NCBI GenBank assembly: GCA_964016885.1
Contig: OZ024753.1
Span: forward strand, 44,082,001-44,146,000
Length of the DNA stretch: 64,000 bases
Source of the DNA: Eledone cirrhosa
Lineage: Eukaryota
Reading direction: 5' to 3'
Shown piece after piece: positions 12,816-29,025 of this stretch; the stretch's first letter is position 1, and every line of letters begins with the position of its first letter. The notes under the pieces are model-generated. The model was given only the letters and a program-made list of their open reading frames with translations, did not search any database and had not been told where the DNA came from. Made by a program: the position numbers and the translations under genes.

Positions 12816-14107
12816 TATGTATATATACTTATACAGCTTGTGTATATATGCTGTATGCATATATACATAAAAGGAATTGATCAACAAGATCTCAGACCTC
12901 ATTCGCTTACTTAGTGGGGTGGAACTTGTGAAATTATACCAAGGAAACAATGTTTCCATGGCTGATACTATCAACCAGTCACAACCCCTGGCAGAAATAG
13001 TAACATGAAATAAAATGTCTTATTCAAGGATATAATGCATCACTTGGTCCAGGAATCGAACTTGCAACCTCTCAATTGTAAACCCCATTCCCTAACTACT
13101 AAGCCATTGCCTTCACTAAATGTTATAAATAATGATAATAAGGGTTTCTGAGCCAGGCAAAAGATCAGCAATTTTTAGGGGTGGAGTAAGTCAAATATAT
13201 GGACTTGAGTACATGACTGGTACTTTGTTCTATTAACTCTCGGGGGTTAAATTATTCTCCAAACACCAACTTAATAATGAGAAAGTTAATCATTTTACTA
13301 AATACCTTCAAATTCTTGTTTATTTTCAAAAGGATTTGGAAATTATAGTCAGCGTCTTTTATTAGAAATATGGTACTGAAAGCATTTAGAGTAAGGATCT
13401 GGTCAGTTGGATAATGGTCAATATGGTTTTAGCAATAACTGTATAAGATTGTTTAACACTGCTAGCTGATTAATGGTTGGTCAAGTCAGTTGGGTGATAG
13501 ATAATTTTGATAAATCATTAGCTGTTGGGTGACTAATGGTTTCAATGTGGTTGTTCTGCTGTAAATAGTGACTAAGGATGTTGCTTCAGAGATGGCTAAC
13601 CTGCTTAAATTTGAGTGATGGACTAATTTCAGTACACCAACAAAAACATTATCTCTATGTGAAGGGAAAATTGCTAGCTAATCAGTGATTGATCTCTTTC
13701 CTGAGAAAGGGCATCACTGCTTGAAAAGTTTGCGTTGGTAAAAATTTATATTTGTTTGCGGGGGTTTTGTGTGTTTTGTTTTGTTTTCTCTGGCTGTTTC
13801 AAACAGTGTTTGATTTACAGGTTTGATGCAAGCTTAAATCAAGTTTGGTGACTTCACAATCAGACAGATTCAAGTAAAAATATTCAAATTTAGGATGATT
13901 GAAAACATTCTATATATTTGTAATTATATAAGACCTTCCTATCAAGAATAACAACAACAACAACGATAGTAATAGTAATAATAATAATAATAATAATAAT
14001 AGTGTAACAATAATCTGAAAGAAAAATTAACCGAGATTTCCATTCTTGTGGAAATACTGAAAAATTGAAATAAATTAAAGATAATAATAACTAGAGAGAA
14101 ACTTAGA

Positions 14108-14115
14108 TGTATGTG

Positions 14116-14147
<32 letters not shown>

Positions 14148-14411
14148 GATACATACATACATACATACGTACATATATATATATATATAGATACATACAT
14201 ACATACATACATACGTACATATATATATATATACATATATATGTACATCATGTATTCGTACGTACATATATATATATATATATATATATACATACATATT
14301 TATGTATGTACATAATACATACATATATACTTACATATGTACATACGTCATACATACAAATGTGCATGTATATATGTGTGTGTATATACATCACTATTTC
14401 TCCTTCTTCCA

Positions 14412-14446
<35 letters not shown>

Positions 14447-14965
14447 CACTTGGATAAAAAGAGTTGGAAAAGGTAAAGAAAATGAAGAATGACACAAAAT
14501 AGAAGAAAAAAGACAGAGAAATGAATAGAAAGTTAAGAGAGAGAGATAGAGAGAAGTAACAAGGGATAGATATATAAAGAAGAAGAAAGAGAGAGTGATA
14601 GAGATAGAGAGAGAATGTAAGAGGCAGAAGTTGTGAAAGTAAAACGAGAAAATAAAATTTATGGGAAAGAAAGGAAATAAGATTGGAAGAAAAGTAAAGA
14701 AAGAAAGTAGGAAAGAAAGAAAGAAACACATATATAAAAAGATGGAGTTTTGACAGTAACAAAAATAGAAAATGAAAGAAGTAATGATGAGACATACATT
14801 CATAAATACATACATATATATATATACATACATACATATATATATACACACATACATACATATATATATACATATATATATACATACATACATATATATA
14901 TACATACACGTATATATATATACATACTTACGTATATATATTCACATACATATATATATACACAC

Positions 14966-14999
<34 letters not shown>

Positions 15000-15067
15000 A
15001 CATATATACATATACATACATATATATATACATACATACGTATATATATATATACATACATACGTAT

Positions 15068-15120
<53 letters not shown>

Positions 15121-15154
15121 TATATATATATATATATATTGTGGCTGTGTAAGT

Positions 15155-15189
<35 letters not shown>

Positions 15190-15190
15190 G
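14108..15190. repeat. Compound (TA)n/(TACA)n/(GA)n microsatellites
   Basis: Directly visible. Confidence 0.95.
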
Positions 15191-15652
15191 AGACTGGTGG
15201 TTTCGAGAGTAAGTAATGTGAAAGAAATGATTGAAAGGACAGGAATGGCTGAGAAATGCAGACAGGAAATTACCCAAGGTGTAATAGGACTGGTGAAATA
15301 AATATACATTATTCCAGAGAAAGTTAGCAGCCAATCAGTAAAAGCAGTTAGTTCCAAAGAAAAAGAAAACCGATATTTGAAGATTGAAGTTTAAAAGATG
15401 ATCTGGAAAAGACGAGAATCAAGCAAACAGAACTCTCTAGAAAGTGTGGCTGACATTTTCAAAATAGTTTACAGATTTACTTGAATAATTTTTTAAATTG
15501 ATTCGTTTTGCTTTTGTTAATTTCTTACAATTTTATTTTATTTGTGTTCTTTGTTTATTTTAGTTTTATTTAATCTTTTATCGTTATATTTTTTGTCATA
15601 TGTTGTAAGTCATGTAAACTGTTTCTGTGTTAATTTCATTATTTTGTCAAAA

Positions 15653-15841
15653 GACGTTGGATTGGCAGAATCGGTAGAGGGACAGACTCCATGCTTTGAT
15701 GCATAGAGTTACGGCCCTTGCCATTCTGAGTTCAAATCCCGCCAAGGTTAACTTTGCCTTTCATCCTTATGGGGTCAATAAAATAAAGTACCAGTAATAC
15801 ACTGTGATAATTTCTGGCCTTGTGCCAAAAGTAGAAACCAA
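15653..15841 (+). mobile_element. S1 SINE with 13-bp target-site duplication
   Basis: tattttgtcaaaa at 15640-15652 and 15842-15854. Confidence 0.92.
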
Positions 15842-16968
15842 TATTTTGTCAAAAATTTTGTTTTCAGTCTAAAAACTCACTCTGCATGTCTAATGAGGCT
15901 ACTAAATTGTTTAGCACTAGGAAGGGCATCCTGCTGTAAAATATTGCCTCACAAAAGACCCTGTGATGAGCATGAATCCTTTCCCGAGGCCTACATGACT
16001 AAACCCTAATTTGTTTGGCTTTAAAGCACTTGTATATCACATGGAAAAGTTATAGCTGACAGGGTAAAATATCTCACCCGAAAGAGTCAGTTACTATGGT
16101 TACACACTGGAAGTTAAGAAAGAAATATATTCTTCAGCAAGAGATTTTATTTCATGTTGTTTTTTTCTGTATGCCAGGAGTTGCGACTTGTTATTACTAG
16201 ATAATATCAGCAATGGAAAGACCAATGGAAACATTGTTTCCTTGGTCTGATTTGATATGTTGATCAATTCAATATAAAAATATATATCTCTTACAATCTT
16301 TGCTTCTGTATTTGTTTACAAGATGTTTTATGTGAAATCATTTTGAAACATATATTGTTATACTCTGGTAGGGTCATGCTGCCAATAAATACATAAGCAC
16401 CATCCAAGTTTCACTTCAGATTTTTATTGTTAGCAGACACCCACAAACTTCCTCCATCTGCTTTGACCTTCTCTGATCAGATTTGAATGTCTAGGTGGAA
16501 TCTGAACTCAGAATAATTCTGACAATTTACCACAATATTGACAATAAAGACAAAATTGACATCAGCAGGATTTGGCCTCAGAAGAGAGAAATCCCTGGAA
16601 CAAATACCACAAGATAATTTGATAATCTGGAGATCTAACAACTATAACGCGGTGGATTCACCTTCTATCAACTGGGATTATCATATTCCCTATAGTTTTG
16701 TAGAACCAATTATGAAAAATGATAAAATTCTCAAATCAAGGGTAAAATTACTGCCAGTAAACATAATAGGGAGGATGTGATAGAAGGAGTTAATTTTAAG
16801 TGAAAGATGAGATACTTGAATCTTTTCATTGCGCTATTTCTAAAGAAGAACACACCACCATCCTTCTCTTCCTCCCCATCACCACCACCACCACCACCAC
16901 CATCATCATCATCACCACCACCATCATCATCATTATTATCATCATTATTATTATTATCCTCATCATCA

Positions 16969-17157
16969 CGGCGGTAGTTTGGCAGTATCGGCAGAGGGTC
17001 TGACGCCATGCTTTGCAGCAAAGAGTTACGGCCCTTTATGGTCTGAGTTCAAATCCCGCCGAGGTTAACTTTGCCTTTTATCTTTACGGGGTCGATAAAA
17101 TAAAGTACCAGTAATACACTGGGATAATTACTGGCCTTGTGCCAAAAGTAGAAATAA
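16969..17157 (+). mobile_element. S1 SINE
   Basis: Full A box / B box / central domain / tail. Confidence 0.9.
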
Positions 17158-17499
17158 TTATCATCATCATCATCATCATCATTTAATGTCTTCTCTACAT
17201 ATGGATTTCAAATAATTTTGAAAATAATCAAACATTTAGAACGATTTATTGATATAACAAACTATCTCATTATTAAGTACCAGTAATGCACTGGGTAATT
17301 GCTGGCCTTGTGCCTAAAGTAGAAACAATTATTAAGTTGGTGGTTGGAACATAACATAACACAACATAACAAAGGTTCTTGTATAAAATTATAATGGAAG
17401 GTTTCTCAATAAATGTAAACACTTTTAAAGAAACACCTTTGTATCACAGATCCAGATCCACTTTCAGACAACTTGGTATCAAATGGTTAATATTAGATA

Positions 17500-17695
17500 G
17501 GATGGCCTATTATCATCCTATATTTAAGAAATCATTTTGAAAATATAGCTCTGTGGAAGCTCAATACCACAGCTTATCTAAGATTTGTAGATGGCATCTT
17601 CTTCATCTGCTAAAGCCATGGAAAGATATACTAGACTTAGGGGACCATATCAACTCTGTATAGGAATCTATAAAATATGTAATGGAGAGAGCTGA
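17500..17695 (+). pseudogene. Decayed Penelope-like element reverse transcriptase fragment
   Basis: Translation with stops/frameshift: NHFENIALWKLNTTAYLRFVDGIFFIC*..HG..ILDLGDHINSV*ESIKYVME, matching the PLE RT pattern xRYVDDIFxIW...LN...IKFTxE. Confidence 0.7.
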
Positions 17696-18041
17696 TATTA
17701 ATCATCCGACACAGTTCTACCTAATGGTGAAACATCACAGAAGCAGGTGGTAAGACACAGATGCTTCGAAAGACAAACATTTACCTAGATTTAATCTAAT
17801 ATATAAGTTTTAACATCTTTACAGTGTTAGGATGAATATCATTTGATGCCAGAGGCATCAAACTATAAAGGAATCTGCTACAATAAAGGACATTCATAAA
17901 GAAGAAATATTATTTCTGAAAAATAAATGTCTATCGCAATCTTTAACACGTGTGTCCATTTATATGGATATGAAAAAAAAAAATGAAATATTTACACCTC
18001 GCATCTTTTCAAGTTTATCAGTGGTTTTTTGAGTGTTTTAA

Positions 18042-18255
18042 CCCTTTAGCATTTAAACCGGTCACATCCGGCCAGAATTCTCTCACCTCTTTAAGTTCAA
18101 ACCAGCCATAACCGGCCACTCATACCCACATTAAGGGATTGTTCTCAAAATAAATAATATCATAGATTCAATATTATGTGAGATATATTATATGAGATAA
18201 AGCCTTTACCGTGAAAATACAATAGTAAATATAGAGTAATGTAAATGGTAAAGGG
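18042..18255. mobile_element. piggyBac-like MITE family B, unexpanded 214-bp copy
   Basis: TTAA-ccctttagcattta ... taaatggtaaaggg-TTAA; TIRs and TTAA duplication visible. Confidence 0.85.
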
Positions 18256-18699
18256 TTAAAGATATCTGGTCCTAACAATCACACATATACGTATGTTATT
18301 GCTACTGGTTACACCTGTGTATGTTTAGCTGGACTTCTATGAGGTTACATAATCATGGTAGCCTTTTGGGGTGTTTTAATGATAGGACCCCCAATCCTTT
18401 TATGAAAAGCAATGTGAAATGATGTGTCATATAATGTGTTAATCAATTTACACCACACTGCCTAGGTCTTCCTCTGCCACATCTTTCTTCCACTTTATGC
18501 AGATAAAGATGTCAGTGGTTGATATAATGTTGATTGGGTATTGGGACATTTGATTGATCAATTGAATTGATTGACAAGTTCTCAGAGCTCATTCACTACA
18601 GAGTGAGGTGGAACTCATCAAATTGGACCAAGGAAACAATGTTTCCATTGGTCTTTCCATTGCTGATATTATCTACCGATCACAACTCCTAGCAGATAT

Positions 18700-19422
18700 G
18701 GGACATTAGTATCTCATTTTAACCTCAACTGCCCAGGTCTTCCTCTCTATTGCATCTTCCTTCCACTTTATGTAAAGTGTTCAATACAATACTGTGTGGT
18801 GGGACATTAGTATTTCATTTTAACCTCATCTGCCCAGGTCTTCCTCTCTACTGCATCTTCCTTCCACTTTATGTAAAGTGTTCAATACAATACTGTGTGG
18901 TGGGACATTAGTATTTCATTTTAACCTCATCTGCCCAGGTCTTCCTCTCTATTGCATCTTCCTTCCACTTTATGTAAAGTGTTCAATACAATACTGTGTG
19001 GTGGGACATTAGTATTTCATTTTAACCTCATCTGCCCAGGTCTTCCTCTCTATTGCATCTTCCTTCCACTTTATGTAAAGTGTTCAATACAATACTGTGT
19101 GGTGGGACATTAGTATTTCATTTTAACCTCATCTGCCCAGGTCTTCCTCTCTACTGCATCTTCCTTCCACTTTATGTAAAGTGTTCAATACAATACTGTG
19201 TGGTGGGACATTAGTATTTCATTTTAACCTCATCTGCCCAGGTCTTCCTATCTACTGCATCTTCCTTCCACTTTATGTAAAGTGTTCAATACAATACTGT
19301 GTGGTGGGACATTAGTATTTCATTTTAACCTCATCTGCCCAGGTCTTCCTCTCTACTGCATCTTCCTTCCACTTTATGTAAAGTGTTCAATACAATACTG
19401 TGTGGTGGGACATTAGTATTTC
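18700..19422. repeat. 101-bp minisatellite, ~7 near-identical units, RTE-derived
   Basis: gggacattag recurs at 18700, 18801, 18902, 19003, 19104, 19205, 19306 and 19407. The minus strand contains gtggaaggaagatgcagtagagaggaagacct (VEGRCS-RGRP-like). Confidence 0.95.
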
Positions 19423-19529
19423 AGTTAGAAATACTGCTCTAAATGATCAATGCTGAGTCATTGGTTCACGCTTATCAAAATAGTATCAACTACAACTGCT
19501 TCTAATAGAGTTCAGTTGCAGCAAAACAT

Positions 19530-19625
19530 AAACACATATATATATATGCACAAAAGATATATACACATATATACACATACACACACACATACATATATGC
19601 ACGAAAGATATATATACACATATAT

Positions 19626-19686
<61 letters not shown>

Positions 19687-19744
19687 TATGTCTTTGTGTA
19701 TGTGTGTATATGTGTCTCTGTGTGTCTGTCAGTGTGTATATATA

Positions 19745-19776
<32 letters not shown>

Positions 19777-19995
19777 CACACACACATATATACACACTGA
19801 CAGACACACACAGACACATATACACACATACACAAAGACATACACACATACACACACATTCACACATATATACACACGCATACTCACAGACAGACATACA
19901 CATATACACAGACATACACACATATATATACGCACACATAGACACACATATACACACACAGGCATATATATACACCCACACATACATATACATGC
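19530..19995. repeat. (CA)/(TA)/(TG) compound microsatellite
   Basis: Directly visible. Confidence 0.95.
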
Positions 19996-20440
19996 ACAAA
20001 AGAAATAAACAAAACAAAAAAAGACATTGTAATCATGGTTTTAAGATAGAAAATAGAATTTTCATTATTTTTTTTTGCTCTGTCTTGATTTTTTATATTC
20101 AGAATCCTTAGTGCATTATTTTTTTTATTAATGATGTTACATTACAATTTCTTATAAGGAAGCACAATCTGTCATGGAAATCATGAAAATCATCTCGTCT
20201 TAAAAGCTTCTAATTTATTTTTCGATATGTTTTTTTTTTGTTTTGTTTTTGTTTTTATTGGTTTTGTGTGTTTTTTTGGAGGGGGGGGGTGCTTTTGTTT
20301 TTGTTTTTTTTTTCGTTTTTTTGGTTTTGTATTTTCATTATTATTTTATTATTATTATTATTATTGTTGTTATTATTTTGTGTTATTGGTCTTTTCTATT
20401 ACTAAAATGACTAAAATGACTAAAAAAATAAAATAAAATA

Positions 20441-20474
<34 letters not shown>

Positions 20475-20767
20475 GTAATAATAATAAAGCTATGAAGAGC
20501 TTCAACTACATCAAAGAACCAAACCAAAAATTAAAATAAGAAGAATAAAAAAAAATGTAAAGCAAGTGAGAGAGAGGTGGAAAGAGGTAAATAGATAGAG
20601 GGATAGAGAGAGGAGGGGAGAGAGGTATTAGGCATGAAGAAATAATGTATTGTAATGAAATGCCTTGTCAAACAAAAGAATACTAATATGGAAAAGTAAG
20701 CACAGAAAACTAACAAAATAAATAGATAAAATAAGGAGTTAATTAACAAGGGGAGCCATAGAGACAT

Positions 20768-20771
<4 letters not shown>

Positions 20772-20832
<61 letters not shown>

Positions 20833-20860
20833 CCCTTAGAGTGAGATATATATACCTGTA

Positions 20861-20894
<34 letters not shown>

Positions 20895-20962
20895 GAGAGA
20901 GAGAGACAGATATATATATATATATATATTCATATATATATATATATTCATATTCATATATA

Positions 20963-20996
<34 letters not shown>

Positions 20997-21432
20997 TATA
21001 TATATATATATATATATTCATATATATATATATATTCATATATATATATATATTCATATATATATATATATATATATTCATATATATATATATATTCATA
21101 TATATATATATATATATATATTCATATATATATATATATTCATATATATATATATATATTCATATATATATATATATTTATTCATATATATATATATTCA
21201 TATATATATATATATATATTCATATATATATATATATTCATATATATATATATATTCATATATATATATATATTCATATATATATATATATTCATATATA
21301 TATATATATTCATATATATATATATATTCATATATATATATATATTCATATATATATATATATTCATATATATATATATATTCATATATATATATATATT
21401 CATATATATATATATATTCATATATATATATA

Positions 21433-21474
<42 letters not shown>

Positions 21475-21505
21475 TATATATAGATATATATAGAGAGAGA
21501 GAGAC
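20772..21505. repeat. (TA)n array with periodic TTCA interruptions (~18-bp higher-order unit)
   Basis: ttcatatatatatatata repeated; regular at 21220-21420. Confidence 0.95.
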
Positions 21506-21798
21506 TGAGAGCGAGAGAAAAAAAACTAGAGAAAAATTAGAGCTACTATGTCTTTAACGAGTTTTTTTTTTTTACAGCTTGGTTTGTATTTTGTCTATGA
21601 TAGTGATCAGTATTAGTAGCTGTGTCGTTTTAAGTTCCTACACTGGTATTCTTTGAAAGTAATGTGCATGTATCTTCTGTAGACAAGCATGAGTTAACTG
21701 TAATTGTATAAAAGAGAGAATGGTTTGCTTTTTGGTCTTTGGTTTTTTTGGGGGTGGTTTTATTCTATGATTTATTTTTCATCATTGAGTTTAGAAAT

Positions 21799-22084
21799 CT
21801 TCTTCTTCGCCTTCTTCTTTGCCTTTGCCTTCTTCTTCTTTGCCTTCTTCTTCGCCTTTGCCTTCTTCTTCTTTGCCTTCTTCTTCTTCTTCTTCTTCTT
21901 CTTCTTCTTCTTCTTCTTCTTCTTCTTTGCCTTCTTTTTCTTCTTCTTTGCCTTTTTTTCTTCTTCTTATTCTTTGCCTACTTTTTCTTCTTCTTCTTCT
22001 TTGCCGTCTTCTTTACCGTCTTCTTTACCTTCTTCTTCTTCTTCTTCTTCTTCTTCTTCTTCTTCTTCTTCTTCTTCTTCTTCT
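21799..22084. repeat. (CTT)n / (TTTGCC) microsatellite
   Basis: Directly visible. Confidence 0.95.
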
Positions 22085-22667
22085 CTAAAACGATCTAATG
22101 AGTTGATTACAATGATGATGATGATGTTGTTTAGTGATTTAGTGAGGATAAACAAAAGAGAGGAAGGTGATTTCCAGATAGGTGTTATTATTGTTAATAT
22201 AAAACGCAGACATGAATGTTCTAACAAGGAAGACACACAAAGACCCTGTAATATCTTTTATGTTTGATTCTGGTTCAGGTTTTCTTTTTGTTTTTTTCTT
22301 CTGAATATTCTTTTTCCTTTTATTTTCTGGTTTCATAATAGCAAAAAACAATAACAAAATAACAATAACAAAACACAATAACAATACTAAAATAACAACT
22401 TTGTAAAATCAGAAACACAAGACACAACAAAATTTCTCTATGGAGAAATTATAGATGATAGTCGTTTTATATATTCTCCAGTGGAGGTTATTGGTGGGTT
22501 GGTTGTGTTTATATATTTTTAAAATATCTGTTTATTCATGTAGCCTTATTTTCTCTGATTGCCAGGAATTGTTCTCAGGAACCATGCACACTTAATATGC
22601 ACAGCACAACCCAAGAAACAGACCATAATTCTTTTTTATCATATGATTATGCTTTGAATTTTAAAGT

Positions 22668-23905
<1,238 letters not shown>

Positions 23906-24266
23906 ATAAAACAGAAGTAATAAAAATTGCAAAAGATAGTACTGCAGAGCATTTTGGTTAAAAAGTATTGTCAATTGATCGGAAAACATAAAAAAAAAAC
24001 AAAGAAATATTGCTAATATAAAATGATATGACTATATTTGATCTTCTTCAACAACGACAACAACAACATTATAACAAAAAACTAATGAAAAGGCAAAAAG
24101 AAATCGAGCCAAAATATAAACTGTAAGCCATTCTGATTATATTGTTCTGATAGCAGTTTATCTATTTGTCTTAGAGAGAAGATATACATACATATAGCAC
24201 ACACATACATATATGTATGTGTATACATATTTCTCTCTCATTCTCTCTATATATATGTGTGTATAA

Positions 24267-24307
<41 letters not shown>

Positions 24308-24614
24308 AGAATCAGGGGAAGGGATATTTGATGAAAGAGTATGCAATTGACTATGTCTATAATCTGGAAAGATTGTCATTAATTGGTGATCGTTATTATT
24401 ATCCTTATTGATATTATTATTATCATTATTATTGTTGTTATTATTATTATTAGTGTCCTTATTATTATTATCATCAATATTATTATTGTTATGTTTCCGA
24501 TAGCTCCATGTAAGTTTCTGTTGCATCATAAAGTGCAGCTCACTCCGTCTTGCTCACTCTCAGTATTCCTGACATGTATTCACCATTGTATCATTTATTA
24601 TTGTTATTATCAAA

Positions 24615-25072
24615 GATGGTGGTATGACTGAATCAGTAGAGCGTCAGACAAAATTTCATTTGCAGTATGTGTTCTGTACTTTTCATGTTGTGAGTTCAAA
24701 TCCCTGTCAGGTGAATTGTGTCTTTCATAGTTCTAGGGTCAACAACATAATGTCCTCGTTAAGTACTGTGGTCAATATAATGTCTTGTCCTCTACCAGAA
24801 ACCCTTTTCCTCTACCAGAAACCCTTGTCCCTGTCTGAGAAATTATTATTGTTGTTTTCATTATTATTATTTAGACATAAGGGCGATGGATCGGCAGTAT
24901 TGGTAGAGGGTCTGACGCCATGCTTTGACGCATAGAGTTACGGCCCTTTATGGTCTGAGTTCAAATCCCACCAAGGTTAACTTTGCCTTTTATTCTTACG
25001 GGGTCGAAACAATAAAGTACCAGTAATACACTGAGATAATTGCTGGCCTTGTGCCAAAAGTAGAAACAATTA
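24615..25072 (+). mobile_element. Old S1-related SINE (24615-24845) followed by a young S1 SINE (24880-25072)
   Basis: B box gagttcaaatccc in both; the second is near consensus. Confidence 0.8.
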
Positions 25073-25265
25073 TTATTTAGACACTGCCCCAATCTGTCCA
25101 CAAAACACTCAGTAAACATCCCAAACTGAATGTCAACCTGCACTCGTGGCTCTTGCTAAACCAACATGTGTCCCCTCTCCAAATTCACCTAACTAAGAAC
25201 TAAATATGGACTACAACAACCACCTAACGAAGAAAACAAATACAACATATATATGTATATATATC

Positions 25266-25605
<340 letters not shown>

Positions 25606-27189
25606 AGTTTCTTTGAACAAATTTTATCTGTTTTCTTATTATTTCTTAACATCCACTGAAAAAAGATAAGTGATTTAAATTGTTAATAGTTGAAAAACCA
25701 CTTTTATTCAGTCTTCAAGTATTATTCCATTAATCCTAATTGTAACTCTATTAGAATATTCTTTTTTTTAAGTCACACACATTCTCGCTTACTTTACTAT
25801 TTTACAGCAAAATCCTTCACAGAGTTAAAATGAAATAAATTATTGACATTTTCCCCAAAAACTTTCAATAATGTAGATATAACCTTTACATTTGTCTTCA
25901 TTACAACACCAAAATTCTTTTCTATTTCAAACTTCTCTTTCCAAACAACACTACAGTCCATCCAATAAAATATTCCGACGTTGCTTTTTTGGATAAAATC
26001 CCTTTTAATATAGTTTATCATTTAATGTCCACACCAATATTTTAAAGTTTTAATGCCTGTTTCTTAAGCAATACCATTCTAGAGTTACAAAATACAATTA
26101 TAGAAAATTATAGTGAAATTTAGAATAAAATAGATTTTAAACTATTAAAAATTAAAATAAGAAAATGTGTTTTCTATGGTTGTCAAGAATTATAAAAAAA
26201 AATTGAAAAGAAGATGTCACTATTTGTTAAAGAAAATGAGAATAAATGTGTGTGTATGCCTGTGTATGCATGTTTCTGTGAGTATGTTTGTGTATGCATG
26301 TGAATGTGTCTTTGTGTATGCATGTGAATGTGTCTTTGTGTGTGTATGTGTGTGTGTTTGTGTGTGGCTGTGTGTGTGAATGTATGTGTGTATAAATGTA
26401 TAGTAGATACCATTGGCTGATTTCTCTCTTCACATTCTGTATCACACGAAAAAAACGAAAAAAAAAACACACAACAAAACCAGCAAGACATTCTAGGAAA
26501 TTAGTAATGATCAATGAACTCTCTAATGTAAGAGGGATAACTCTAATTATTATGCCATAAATTAACAACCATTCACACAGAACATTACTTTTAGCATAAT
26601 TGACTGCATCACATTAAATAGTAACATCTTTAATCTAATAATGCAGATTTTCACTTGATTCTGTCCATACGTAAAAATGTTATAAATATTTAGAATAGAT
26701 TAACAACTACACACACAATATTATGGTCACCACAATTGACTACAGCATATATCATAGTACAGTCTTTACTATAAAACTTCAAATTTTCACAACGATCTAT
26801 TCATAAGTAAAGATACTATAAACATTTGAATGAACAAACCGATTTTTAGACATGTTCTAAATAATTACAAGATATGAATTAAACCTAAACAAAATCATAT
26901 AAACTAAATCAATGATATTGTGTACTTTTCACCAGGTGTCCACAGTAAAGTATATAAATATAATATAGAAAACATCTTTTAAAAATATGTAAGAAAATAC
27001 GTGTTATTTAAAGACAGAAGGAAGAAACTAGTGAATAAACCATTAACTAAGATGACTGCACTGAGTCGGCACATTAGTGTTTAATTCAACAATCAATACC
27101 TTGCAGTACATCAATGCACTGACTTAAAAAACATTAAAATTGTGATGAAAAACTGAAGCCAATAAAAAAGAAGTTAGAGGTATTACGAG

Positions 27190-27480
27190 CAGCTGTCTTC
27201 TAACAAAGAAGACTGGTTAAAAAGATCACAATTGTTCTACCATTATCAAAGACAAGTTTAGAATTCTTACCATCAGAGTAAGTGTTGAGGACTTTTTGCC
27301 ATAAGCTATCCCTACGATGTGTGTCCCATTTTCCCCCAATATACATCTTGATGCTTGTGTCTTCGTTTGTGTCTGCTTTCAATATAGACCCTCTTTCATG
27401 TTCTTATTCATCAACCTCTTGTAACAACAATTCTATGTCTTTTTCTTTTGGTGTCAATATAGGCAGTTGAGCCATTATCA
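27190..27480 (-). pseudogene. Possible heavily decayed non-LTR (RTE-like) RT remnant
   Basis: KDIELLLQEVDE...GSILKA..T and KW.THRR..LWQKVL resemble post-YADD and WxGH..R..W regions. Confidence 0.35.
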
Positions 27481-27520
27481 TTCCACACACACATTTCTAA
27501 GTGTGTGTGTGTGTGTGTAT

Positions 27521-27650
27521 ATAGTTCAGAAATAGCTGTCGAAACGGCTGGAGCTCAGTTGTCGGGCTCCTGACCCCACTCTACTACCCATAGTATCGAG
27601 TACTCTGGTACGTTATGGTCCACCTGGTTCCTTACCACACTTCCTTCATT
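27521..27650 (+). mobile_element. Hammerhead-bearing element family H3, 5'-truncated within stem II
   Basis: cGAAA-cggctg gagct cagttg-TC-gggc followed by ctctactaccc...gagtactctggtacgttatggtccacctggttccttaccaca. Homologous to 40771-40892 and 60090-60193; flanked by (TG/TA)n. Confidence 0.7.
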
Positions 27651-27667
27651 ATATATATATATAAATT

Positions 27668-27857
27668 TGGGCGGTGGATTGGCAGTATCGGTAGAGGGTC
27701 GGACGCCATGCTTTGACGCATAGAGTTACGGCCCTTGCCATTCTGAGTTCAAATCGCGCCGAGGTTAACTTTGCCTTTCATCCTTACGGGGTCGATAAAA
27801 TAAAGTACCAGTAATGTACTGGGTAATTTCTGGCCTTGTGCCAATAGTAGAAACAAT
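27668..27857 (+). mobile_element. S1 SINE inserted in (TA)n
   Basis: Near-consensus copy. Confidence 0.9.
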
Positions 27858-28830
27858 TATATATATATATAAAATAAGAGTTTAGATCAATACACAATGA
27901 TCTTAATTTTGTTGCTTGCAACATGCTCAGTACGCACACACACATATATATATATTATATATATTATGTCTGCATCTGTGTTTGTGTTTATGCCTCAACG
28001 TTTTAGCAGTTCAACAAAAAGAGATCGATAAAATAAGTACTAAACATTAAAGAAATAAGTGCCAGGGTCAATAAGATTGATTAAATCAAGCCTGTGTCTC
28101 TATGTCTGTTCATGGTCACAGACTAATGGCTGACACTAGTAAAAGAATGAAATAATAATTATATAACAGTGTGTGTTAATTAGGGAATTACATTGCTGTA
28201 GTGTTAACAGTGTGTTTAATTAAGGGAGAGAAGTAGTGTAGATATAATATTGGAGATAACAGGAAATGAAACTTTCTGCTTGAGGAAGCCAGAAGCACTT
28301 TCTTTTGCTGATATTTAAGAAGAGGTGAGGTGAGGCAGAATAAAATTCCATTCCATTCATTGGAAAGAATCTGAAAAAGAGAATATATATTGCATAGGTG
28401 TTGGGTCAATATTAGCAGATGAAAAATGTGTGATATGGTGGTAGCTGGGAGTTAGTTTGGAAGAGGTGTTTGGTTGAGAAACTAAGAGATGGAAGAATGT
28501 GGTGTTTACCTACATATGTTGCTGTAGAGAAGGCAGCCAAATATGGCAACTTAACTATGTTTTCTTGTAAAATATATACAAGATTCTTGAAGCTTGTATA
28601 TATTGTACACTTGACTGAACTAACATTTCTGCTGCACTTGAATTAGTGGATTATAACACCCAAGAAAGCTAAAGATAGACAGACAAGTGCAATAATTTTC
28701 CAAGAGTTCACTGCAGTAATATGTATATCTATGAAAATGTCCTTTGAAATAGTTCAGGCGAATATATAAGTAGGGGCTAGAGTAAGATGGATCACTGTTG
28801 TAAATAGTGATATTCTGGTTGCCTAACATA

Positions 28831-29025
28831 TGAGGGGCTGCTGGAAAAATTCATAGGTTCATTATAAAGGAGTGATGCTAAAGCTGTGAAATCTTGCATG
28901 TATTAATTTCAACTCTTATTAATAATGGTATTGTTTCCTACCAGGGACTGTGTTGAAAATTAACCTCATTCGGTCATTCCATGAGAGTATCTTGGTCAGT
29001 CTATGAACCTTTGAACTGATCCTTG
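28831..29025 (+). mobile_element. Mariner-derived MITE
   Basis: TA-tgaggggctgctggaaaaattcatagg ... ctatgaacctttgaactgatccttg-TA imperfect TIRs. Internal DCVEN* resembles the mariner transposase C-terminus (GDYVEK*). The right end is repeated at 36674-36742. Confidence 0.65.
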
